A stretch of 64,000 nt of DNA from Phoronis australis (Eukaryota; Animalia; Phoronida), in NCBI GenBank assembly GCA_002633005.1, contig NMRA01000030.1:1410088-1474087 (forward strand), given 5' to 3'. The notes beneath the pieces were generated by a model. That model worked only from the letters and a program-made list of their open reading frames with translations, was not told the origin of the DNA and ran no database searches. The position numbers and the translations under genes were made by a program. The stretch's first letter is position 1. Each line of letters opens with the position of its first letter. Below, piece by piece: positions 1 through 11,000 of the stretch.

Positions 1-361
1 GTTGAGTTTCTTGAAACTGACACGGGCAAAAAACATCGACTGTGTGAAGGAATGACTTTCCCTTGGAGATGAAGACAGTAATGAGCACAATGTGTGTTAC
101 CAGTTGGCATTTGCATCAAGTAACTTCACGGACTGGCGTGGGCTGCAGGCAGTATCAGTATCACAAATCATGTCATTATGATGTTAATGACGTTACAAAG
201 ATTGAAAGAGCAAAGAGGAAAGATTGTGAAACTATAAAGTATGCTGAGAACAGAACCCCCTGATCACGACCAAGATGATGGTGAGTGTTAATTTTTTCTG
301 GGAGTATGATAAATTGACGCAAGGCACCGAGTCAGTGACACTGTAGTCACTGCCCCAATGC

Positions 362-602
362 GAAACAGGTCACTTCAAACCCAAGTCAACTCGTACCCAA
401 GCCAATTTTCAAAAGTACTTCAAAACTATTTAATTTGGCAAGGCAGTGATTAAAATCAATCAATTGTGCTATGTTTATGAAAAACGACTCAATATTACCT
501 GTTATTTAGTGAATGAAAATGCCAATTTATTAGTTATGTTTTTAGCACGGGTACGAATTGACTTGGGTGCGAGTTGGCTAAGGTACGAACTGACTAGAAA
601 GC
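362..602. mobile_element. Non-autonomous DNA transposon (MITE) with inverted subterminal ~15-bp repeats
   Basis: The left arm CAAGTCAACTCGTACCCAAG is mirrored by right-arm copies GGGTACGAATTGACTTGGGTGCGAGTTGGCTAAGGTACGAACTGACT around an AT-rich core. Confidence 0.55.
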
Positions 603-1339
603 CCTCATGTGCACGACTGGTAAAAAGACTGTGTTCCCTGGTGATTGCCCGTTAATGTAATCATTGACTACAGAATGTGCCTATATCTGGAGCACCACCT
701 TTACATTTTCAAGCTACTTTTACTCGCAAGTTTTGTTAAAAGGCGCATAGGTGCAGATGTAGGTGCAGTTTCACACATATGGTTGAAGAATAACGAAATA
801 TATTTTGAGAAAAGTCATTTTTATCGACTTTCTACTTATTCAACATAATTTTTTGATGATTTGCTTAAAAATTAATTTTGTGCAGTGTTGTTGGAACACT
901 ATCTTCAAAAGTTTCACTTTTATGTGTAATTTGAAAATTTATTTGAGGGAAAGTAGAGTTTTGAATACTTGCATGTTTGTTAAGACTTGTGTGCATTCTT
1001 GAAATTGTATGTTAATTTTCAAACAAAAATTTGTTTTCAAGACCATTTTGCATACAAACCCATGGGTATCTTTTTCACAGCCGGCTAGGTCTTGTATATG
1101 CACGTCTTATTTTGAGTGTTTTCTATCTGTCTTTTGATCATTCTTTGTACTTCCATTTGGATATTGTAATAAAGAATTGAGTACATGTTAACATCTATCG
1201 TTTTATAGGACAGGGCTACAAAAGCCTACAATGCTTTCCATATTTTTATACTCTGACAGCGGTTTTTATTTTTAATTTTCTTGGTTGTGGGTGGGTTGTT
1301 TTTGGATGCTGGAAATGACGTGTACATATATTGATCAGA

Positions 1340-2510
1340 TTACAGAGAAGAGATCTGGTATCACTCGAAGCCAAATACCATCGTTCTTGCTACAAAAGCT
1401 TCACAAGACCACTGACAAAACAGAAACCTGACGATAGTGAAAACAGTGAAATTTTCACATATGTATTTCAAGAGTTTTGCTTTGAAGTTGTGGAGCAACG
1501 AATAATCTCGCATCGGGGAAATATTGCATTTGACTCGGTTAAAGTAACTCCTGGATGAAACTTTGTCCAAATGAGATTGTAATTTATGTGTCCGAACTGG
1601 AAGTCTGAAATCGAAATTACAGAGAATTTACCCTATTCTACAATTCCTTCTTCCAAAACGGAATCAGAGTGAATTGTTGTTTAACAAACATTTGTTCTTG
1701 TGTAAATTCTGGACTAAAATGCACTGAAATGAGCAACTGCCAAAACTGTGAGAATGTCAAAGTGAGTGATGAAATTGAGTCAGATGATGAGTAACGCTGT
1801 GATGGACTTGCATCCCGGCCGGAGGAACTTGGAAAGACATCTTTTCAAGAGACAGAAACCAGGCTAGTAACTGGCTCAGTGAGCCTGGTGATTTGTGAAA
1901 CATTTTTCTATTTTCATATTTACGTCTCTAGTAATGGTTTTTATTTCTCCCCTTTTTGTGCTTCATCCGATTGCATTTCTTATTATTGTATACTTTTTGT
2001 CTCCATTTTTTGACAAATTGTATGCTTTGGACTTGTAACAATGATTGTTTTTGTATGACAGATTAGTAAATGTGTGATAAAATAAAGGTAAGACGTAGTC
2101 AGTTTGATAATAATAGTTTTACCAACAATAAAAACAACATAAAACACTATGAATGATAGTTCCATATTTCTCCAACAGGAGGCACCCATAAATTCATATT
2201 CTTCCATAATTCTACATTTTAATTGAAAACTATAACAAAGTATGTGTTTATTATGACTTAATACAGCATGTAGGAATATTATCTGCAGTATCATCCTTTC
2301 TGGACACTGAATTTTCTTCATTTCTAACTTTTTAATTCCGTGTAAAATGTGCTGAATCAGCACAATTTTAACATCAAATTTCACAAAAATGTGCAAGTTT
2401 AAACAAGTTTAATTCATAAAGTACAATGATTTGTGGCATCAAAAACACCTGAATTAAATTGCTCCCCTAAAGTGGTCACAGAAGTGGTTTTCTAAACCTC
2501 CCATGGCCTA
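1340..2510 (+). mobile_element. Internally deleted Academ-like DNA transposon relic
   Basis: An N-terminal motif DLVSLEAKYHRSCYKSF (~1352-1402) and a C-terminal Cys cluster CSCVNSGLKCTEMSNCQNCEN with acidic tail and stop (1693-1794) both resemble Academ transposases. A possible terminus ...CCATGGCCTA lies at ~2510. The catalytic core is absent. Confidence 0.55.
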
Positions 2511-3146
2511 CGGCCCATGGCCTATTCCGACTATCTTTACTCGCTGAGGGAATTTCATTTGGCACTCTCGGCTCTTCGGACCAACTACCGAACTGACCTC
2601 TTGCTTTTTGTGCACACTAAATGGTATACCTTGATCTCGAACTTTTGAGCCTGGGACCAACAGAGATGTGTGACTTTTTCAAAAACCCGTTGCCTACCAT
2701 ACACGTCATTCCAACAGTGACGTTCAGTGACGTTTTGCTTATTCAGTAACTCATTGCTTACCATACATGCCGTTTCCACAGTGACGTCCAAATTATTAGC
2801 CATAGTGTTGGGCTCACTGCTGTCCATAACAGTGTGCAACTACTTGCTATATACGTATTAGCAGGAAGAGATAACCAGGATGGTTATGTCTTCCTGGTAT
2901 TAGCAGACCACCGGGAGCCTTTCAAGCAACAGATCTCTATCACGTGGGACCGAAAACTAGTGGCCTCACGAAGTCTGTCATCTTGTTCGCCTTTGGCACA
3001 CCGTGCTCAGGGTACAGCCAAGTGGCGATAAAAGTCACTGGTCCCACGTAATCCGAGCTTCCCTTGTTTCCCAACTGTCTCCCAATCACCAACATGCATC
3101 ACAGCGGCTCCAGCAACCTGTGAAAAGGCTGCGTCTACGACTCTTG

Positions 3147-3277
3147 CAACATACTGTGAACCATGCATACAGCTAGATACAACATACTGCGAACCAGGCA
3201 TACAGCAAGGTACAACATACTGTGAACAAGACATACACAAAGGCACAACATAATGTGAACCAGGAACACAGCAAGGT
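3147..3277. repeat. 33-bp minisatellite, about 4 copies
   Basis: Unit CAACATACTGTGAACCAGGCATACAGCAAGGTA recurs at 3147, 3180, 3213 and 3246. Confidence 0.85.
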
Positions 3278-3736
3278 TTGAGTTTTATAAGGACAAGAGG
3301 TCTAAATCAAAAGTTTGTTCACAGTTTATACGTAAGGCAGCGTTGCCATCTGATCTGCGGATTAGCTTAATGCTGCATTTTACCTTGCGTGGCCAATTTG
3401 CTCTTACAAAAACGGTCTCACAATATTCCTTACCGTTCGGCTACCAACTCTCCAGACCCATAGAATGTCCAGTACATGCGCCATTTTGGCTAACACGTGA
3501 AAAGTCTTCTTGTGTTGCTGATCATGGTTACTGCGTTCTTGTCTATAATGGACACCCAATAAGATCACGGTTAGGGATGTGTGAAAGGCCCAATGCAAGA
3601 CTATTTTTAAGCCAAAATTAACAGAGCGAATGCAGCTTCACGCAATAATATTGGAGAACAAAAAAGAATCATTCAGACACAGTGTAATGCCATACACATC
3701 TGTAGATCTGAAGCTGTGTTCCATTAGGACTGTTGC

Positions 3737-4678
3737 CAGTGGCGGATCTAGGATATCACAAGGGGGGGGGGCAGCATTTTGTCCGGCCGTAAGCATTTGC
3801 GCAAACCACGATTGCAGATGCTCATAGCACCGAATGGGGTGAGGCCCACCTTCCGCCCAGGAAATTTTTCTGTTTTTACCTCTAAAAATCAAGCATTTTC
3901 CTTGATTCCTGAAGTATTATCCAAGAAAAAAGGCAAAAAAGGAGAACATGTCAAACAGGAAAAACTACAAGTACCACAGACTCGAACTCAAGAACTGACG
4001 GATAGAACGCGCGTGCTTTACCACACCACCACGATTTAATTACTGGTCTTATACTAAGGGAACTACTTCTATATGGTCCACAGCGTTTGCGCACGAAACC
4101 TACTTCTTTTTGTAATGCTTATTACACGTTTTATATTTTGTGCAATCGGTTCTTAACAAATTTGGTGTATTTAAGATAGTCTTCAAATGCCTAAAAGACC
4201 AAATCCGTTTTTCGTGTTGGCAATAATGACGGGATTGCTTTCGAAATTGTCTTAAGTAAAGGTTTGACAAAGAGAGAATTATGAGTTTCTGAGTGATTCA
4301 CTCAGGCTTCGATAAAAATTGACATCTTACCAGCAGCATCTGTTTTTTCATCGTCACTCAGGTTCCATTTCCTTAAAAAATGAAGTAAATTTTCTTCATT
4401 GCACAGTGGAGCAGACGATGGAAACGGAGTCGTAGTGCGCAGCGGCACTGCCGGTCTCCTGGGATATCGCGGGAGAGCCTATACTTAGCCGTATTTCCGT
4501 TACGAATGCGCCGGGTTACGAATTTGACACTTGAAATTGGGTCTGAGCCCCCCCCCCCCTCCCCAAACACTAAAACTGCACACATTTAAATCTTGTTTCA
4601 TCCGTATAATTTTAATTACCGGGGTTAATTAATAAACTCGTCATATCCCTANTGCCCCCCCCCCTAAATCCGCCTATG
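3737..4678. mobile_element. hAT-like non-autonomous element, possibly composite
   Basis: Termini CAGTGGCGGATCTAGG...GGGGGGGGC and GCCCCCCCCCCTAAATCCGCCTATG. There is no clean 8-bp TSD (only GTTGC on both sides), and an N at 4652. Confidence 0.5.
3968..4033 (-). mobile_element. tRNA-derived (SINE head-like) segment, not an intact tRNA
   Basis: The minus strand has an A-box-like GTGGTGTGGTAA and a B-box-like GAGTTCGAGTC at tRNA spacing, but no acceptor stem or cloverleaf. Confidence 0.35.
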
Positions 4679-5775
4679 GTTGCATAAAGTATTCAGAGAG
4701 ATACAACAACATGCATCAGAAGAACACACAAAGTGGTCTAGGTTTCAAAAAATTCAATTAATCGATTTATGCATTATCAAAGTGAAACCAAGGAAACGTT
4801 ATGTATAACAATAAATTGATCGAACAGTCATCACACCCAGTAACGTAAATCGATTCCTGTTTATTGTCGACAGAACATAATTGTGAGAAACGAGAACGAA
4901 GATTGCTGCAGCGGACGTTAATCGTCAATAATCAGTTTTTACACAAGTTGAGTGAAACTGATGTTTGAAAACTTGGGCAAAACTTATATATATCAGAAAT
5001 GTCAAAACATGGTAAAATATGAATGACGGCAAATGAAGATTCGCATTTTTATTACGTAAAAATGTATTTAACAGTGAAATTCTAGAAGTTTTCAAAAACA
5101 CGCAAAGTGAAGGACCAACGGCTAATGTATCACTTGAAATTTCAATGAACACATACAGTACAATAAAAACGCTGAAAGTTGACAATGTTGGCAATTCACA
5201 GGCTGTCAGTCATATCTTAAAACTTTTACAAATAGAATACTTGATAAGTAAACCAACACGCATAAATTGTGCGTGCCAGCACGGACACATAAACTAATTT
5301 AACCGGTTTCAATGATATATATACTGCAAAATTGGATCTTCACATTGTGGTACGTCTTTGTGAAACATTTTATTATCAGTAACACAAACGAGTGAAACAT
5401 ACAATATACAAATTCCGCGCAGCCGGAAAACTTGCGACTCTCCCAAAACTTAAATATAGATTTTACCTTCTGGCTGTTTTCTTAATTATCACTTTCACAA
5501 GCAATGGGAAAATAAAATTGTGAAATTCTCAACCAAATCTGTATCCAGGAGAACCTTCGCAGCGAATAAGTCAAATTCTGTGCCACTGTTAGACAGTAAC
5601 CGCGTACAATTTGCACAATCTAGAAATTTTATTCTTGGGGTAGGCCAGGGTACATATACAGTTCAGTAGCTGTCTTGCGGCTGGATAAATCTAGCCAAAA
5701 TCACGTGTTCTTATTTAAAATATACATTATCTCACGTAATCTCGCGATGTGTTGCTTTTTAGCAAGGTCTTAACG

Positions 5776-6186
5776 TTACTGAACTCTACCCAGGTAAAAC
5801 GGAAGTTCTGTGATAAGCATTGCACGTAGGTTCAATGAACTTGGTATAATTCGGCAGTAGTGCCTCTCTGATGCAGATTTGGTTAAGAACATTTCGACAT
5901 TGATTGTTAGAGAACTCCTTTCTGCATTTCTCGTATTGTCTAAAATGCTCCTTGTGTGCGGATCGCATCTGTGCAGTAGCTCTCCGAGCGACATCGTTAA
6001 AAGAACAAACGATAGAACAATTGTTTTAAAAAATTATATTAGGCCGCAGTATTTCGAATGTTCTCTACTGTACATTCATCGAAGGCGAGAAATAAAACAA
6101 GACCTCAGTGAGTCTCGCCACTACTCACTGAGGTCTCATTTCATCTCTTGCCTTCGATGAATGTAGTGTACATTCGAAGTACTGCC
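5776..6186 (-). mobile_element. Penelope-like element pseudo-LTR remnant with inverted duplication
   Basis: The frameshifted N-terminus MSLGELLHRCDPHTRSI/RQYEKCRKEF...NQICIREALLPNYTKF is homologous to the PLE at 41432-41582. A ~140-bp foldback lies at 6047-6185. Confidence 0.65.
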
Positions 6187-7122
6187 GACGCAAACTAACT
6201 GGATTTTTGTTCAGTTCTCCGACAAAATGGTCATTAGCTCCTATTACCGGAAATTCCAATAAAGCGCCGTGGGCTACAATGATTTCTTAAAGTCGCATTT
6301 TGATTCATCCATGGGCGCTGTTTCTTCCTTCTTTCCGAAAAAGTACCCATGAGCGCTTTGTAGTGATGGGCGCATTGTCCGAAATTCCCATGAATCGCGG
6401 ATTTGCGTTGTCAAGTCGATGATTCACTTCGCGGAAAAAGTGGGAGAGTTGTGCAAGTAAATGGTGATTATTAATTTGATTGTTTCTTTCTTTCCCCATA
6501 AGGATATACAAGATGAGTGTCAGTCAAACACAAGGGTTACAAAAACTTTCAGACTGGGTGTTCTACAGTGACTGGTATGAATTTCATGTTTAACAACTCA
6601 GAATGGACGAGCATCGCTTTTTGGAGCAATTCCAACTTAGTTTTCAGCTCCCGGATCCACTTAAATAGCTGTTCGGAAACTTGTTTACAACCACTAGGTA
6701 TACTTTCTTACAGGGGAAAACGAGAAGTGAGGGTAGTGAGATCACGGTCTTTCTCCGTTTACTGTTAGAACACGGTCTATCGTTTTACATAGAAGAATCA
6801 TGGAAGCACGGCCAAGCACGTTATTTTAACTTTTTGTACGATTGAAAATTTGTTTTTGACCGCCTAATTTGGAGAACGAAGTTGGCTTTGTGCTAGCAAT
6901 TGCAATTTAATCAACGGCCTCTCAGAGAAAAATTAACATTCAAGAGTTCTATGCTAAGAGTGGCCTATTGGCAGGGAAGTGGTGGGCTGCAAAATCGAAA
7001 TGTTCAATGCTTCTGAGCGTGCAGTTCTTTTCGGTGCAAGTGGAAAGGTGAAGAAATCAATCGGATAGCACAATGTTTCTGTGTAATGTGTACTAGGAGA
7101 AAGACAGAAAGTACAGTGATGT

Positions 7123-7220
7123 GTACAGGGGCAGGCAAAACCTGATGAGACCTGTACAGAGACCCCACGATAATGCAGTTTGTACAGGCCGAAATACTTT
7201 GTCGATATTCTCACCTGTAC
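7123..7220 (+). ncRNA. Type I hammerhead ribozyme-like motif, possibly degenerate
   Basis: CTGATGA (7142-7148), a long stem II (GACCTGTACAGA/TTTGTACAGGCC), GAAA (7191-7194), a short stem III and a GTC cleavage triplet (7201-7203). Distal stem I is GTACAGG/CCTGTAC, but proximal stem I pairs poorly. Confidence 0.45.
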
Positions 7221-7499
7221 CCGTTAAAACGTCCTAATCTACCTATCATACATGTAGGTCATCAGTAACACTAGCCCTCAAGAGTGAAAAAGAGAGTACT
7301 GAAACTACTGGCCTGAACAAAGGGGTGAGTGGGACACAAGTAGCCATGACCCGGTTCATTTCAAAAAAGGTATGACTACCATTCACTGCGCTTGTTCGTC
7401 TAGTTGCCATCACGCCTGGTTCTGCAATACTAGCTACATCTCCCAGAGATAGTGTAAATTAATTCTGATCCAGTAAGCAACGTGAAAGCAGATCACCCT

Positions 7500-8065
7500 T
7501 TATAAATGAGTGTCCGTTGTTTCTTGTTCCTCCTTTTCACGAGAGTTGTCACTTCCCTTCAAACCTTCACTATCTCCCGGGACGTTAGTATCGATGTTTT
7601 CATTTGTTATCCGGTTGTCACGCGGCTGGTCATCAGTGACTTCATTATTGTTGTCAAGTTTTACCTCATCGTCAAAGCGAGGGGTCCCGTCATAATTTTG
7701 TCCTTCGTTCTTCTCATTTTCAACCCAAGCCGTGCTCGCGCGACTTGCAGGGCGACTTTCACCAGCAGTCGGTGCTGACGCACAATTCTTATTTTTATCA
7801 AATTTATTTGTCTGTTTTTCGGCGTTGTCATGATCGGTTTCCTTTGATTTCTTCTCAGGATTCTTTTCAACATCCTCTCCTCGCTTAATGCACGGCAGAT
7901 TTTTCTTCATTCTGTCCCAGTGCATTTTAAACGTAAACACGTCGAACAAAACTAAGCCAGCCACAAGCAACACGATTAAAACAATGGCTATCGCTCCGAT
8001 GGTGTCACTGCCCTCGGCTTCGATCGGGGCACGTTCAGGAGGTAATTTAATCTCTATTTTGTAGC
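7500..8065 (-). CDS. Terminal exon: TM helix and cytoplasmic tail
   Basis: Acceptor TTTTTTTCAG, a hydrophobic TM followed by a basic stretch, and an acidic tail ending ETTDTHL-stop. Confidence 0.8.
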
Positions 8066-11000
8066 CTGAAAAAAACAAAAGCATCAGTAAAATGGTAGCA
8101 AAACGAGAATTTGTTTGTCTGTAGATGGAGACCGTTGAAATTGAAATCAAATCACACTCTGTAAACTTTCGTAACAGTCCTTCAACCAAACAGGTTTTTC
8201 TAAAAATCAGACAAGATGCATACCTACAATCTTTAGTTCACAGCGCTCTAGCTGGTGGAACAAAGTCTTGTGAGCTAGGATTAATCAACTAAGTAACTTG
8301 CCCATCCCAGACCTGGGTTACAAAAACACATAGCAGATGTATTAAGTCCCAGTTCTCATGGCATACTTGAAACTAGTTACCTGTTGGAATTAGTGTAATA
8401 TCGCGTCTGGAAGCATCAAACAAGTTCCCATGAAGATAGGCATTTTCAATTTATCTGTTGATCAGCACACCAATTTTAGCCCAATAAAAGCTACGGCAAT
8501 AGGGAGAATAATAACTAAGTACAGCGATCGTGAAATGTCTACGTTGCATATTAATTTTCCAACAACTATCGTAAATTTGAAGAATTTTTTACAACATTGT
8601 GTCCGAACTTGTCCAGGGATCTATTGAACTCGGCAAGAATTCCCTTCCTGGCCGCCTGAGAGACAACAAATCAATGCAACTAAAACTTCACTTCATTAAT
8701 TTCTATTGAGATCAGCGACACTTGAGATTCCGTCTTACAAGTCATCCGGAATTGATATGAAACTTGATCATTTTTACGTAATTTTTGGCTCCTTTAATGG
8801 ACCAAAAATCATAAATCTACTTTTATGTTTAGGCAAGTACCACATACACAAGCAAAGACTTCAGAATGTAGAACCATGTTTTGCACTTTTTAAACATTCT
8901 GTTTNAAAAAAAAAAAAAAAAAAAAAAGAATTCCCTTCCTGGCCGCCTGAGAGACAACAAATCAATGCAACTAAAACTTCACTTCATTAATTTCTATTGA
9001 GATCAGCGACACTTGAGATTCCATCTTACAAGTCATGCAGTACTCATCATCTTCATATCTTTCTCACTCACATAACTCTACCTCATGTTATTTTTTAACA
9101 TGTATCATTTATTTCTTGTATTACACGGACCACCACGGAAATAGATGTTTAAACTTTTTGGTATTGCTGGGATGCGTTCTGCAGACAAAGTTTCTAGTGA
9201 GAAAAGCCAATACACGCAAAATCACGCGAGTGAAAGGTGTGTTTCGCAACTATCACTACCAGGGTAACCACTTTTAGTTAATTGATTGGTCAGTGAGGCT
9301 GGAAAGTTGAATTATGGGATAGAATTAAAACATGGGATAGAATTCAATATTTCCGTTCCATAAGCGAAGAGTTCTCGCCGCAAATGCAAGGCTAATATCT
9401 TGGTCTACGAACGCAGACCTGGTGACTTGCATGTTTTAATGTCTTGGGTCTAGGCAGCCCTGTAAACGTGCTTGTTTAATGCCTCAGGTCTAGGAAGCCT
9501 TGGTAACTTGATTGTTGTAATGTCTTGAGTCTACGCAGCCTTGGCAACTTGCATGTTTTAATGTCTTAGGTCTACCCAGCCTTTGTAACTTGCATGTTCT
9601 AATGACTTGAGTCTATGCAGCCATGGTAACTTGTAAGTTTTAATGTCTTAGGTCTCCCCAGCCTTGGTAACTTGCATGTTTTAATGCCTTGAGTCTAGCA
9701 GCCTTGGTAACTTGCATGTTTTAATCTTTTAGGTCTACACAGCCCTGGTAACTTGCATATTCAAATTTACTTAATTTACTTTTCATTATGTATTTACAAT
9801 TTGTATTTTTAAATGTCTTATTTACTGTATCTGTGTTTATCTAATTAACAATTCAAACTGACAATGTTACCATGGCAGGTTGTAAATTGAACGTTATGTC
9901 ATAATATTAGGGGCGGTGAAGCTACTTTTACCTCTTCAACACACGGCAAAAGCCCTTACCACGATGGAAACTTGAAACTCACACCACACCCCGGTAATCT
10001 TAGAAGTGATCGAACAAGCCGAGGGGTGGGGGGTTGCGTCATCTTAAGGTTATGTGGGAGCCAAGAGAAATATCCGAACATCATATCTAAGAAACGGCTA
10101 ATCTGATTCAGAAGCAACGTTCTCATACTATGCCTTATGCCCCCTGTACACCAAAATGCAGTAAGGAATGGTATTTAAAATGTTTCATTTTCACATGAAG
10201 CCTTTTATGATTTTTATGAAAAAAGAAATGCAAAAAACGAAAAATAAACGCTATCTCAGGAAACAGAACCAGCGTTTTTTAACTTTCATCTTAAACATTT
10301 ATATCAAACGAAATTTGGTCATGTTGTTGATATCATTGTATTGCCGAGAATGTACTTTTGTTTTGCTAAATTTTACTAAAAAGGTGTGGTCACGTAACCC
10401 AATGGATAGCAGATTGGAATAAAGCAAAATCAAATTCAACAGGGCCTGGCTCTCTACTTTCGGAAGATGCATATTTTCAATGAATTACAATTTATAGTTT
10501 TGCAGATATTTGTCCTACATAACCTGAGATATGACCATCCAGAGCTATCAAAAATCATTTGATTTACTCTTAAAATTATGCAAGACCTTATGAACAAGAG
10601 GGCAATAGCCGAATATAACGCGCCCGTATTTTGAGAACCAGTTTGATGCCTTTATTCAGTGGAGAAAACTGGTTTTCAAAATTGGGGCAATCCGACCAAA
10701 TGACACGTTTGGAGCCCACCTTTTTGTAGGCATTTTGTTTTGACGTTTCCTAACACTGCCAAAGCGCTTCTTTCTATTTATGAGAATTTAACTAAAAAGT
10801 ATTGCTATAACATTTTGGTGTTTGATCTGTAAATATTAACAGCACACATTTTTTTATATTAAGTAACTCACAGCATCCAAATACATATCACATAACTCAC
10901 ATCATGTTTATATCACCTAAATATTAACTCACAGATACCATAGTTAGTTATATGACAAAACTCACAGAACCCATATTTTTTCACAAGTCTCTAAACACCC

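Noticed and set aside
7225-7270. Sense-strand CTGATGA in the lectin gene 3' region as a CLEC2-like hammerhead
   Set aside because: No GAAA after the putative stem II and no purine at position 10.1.
9395-9760. Regularly spaced repeats as a CRISPR-like array (also 15006-15146, 50095-50322, 52945-53230)
   Set aside because: Contiguous tandem units with no unique spacers, in eukaryotic intron context with no cas genes.
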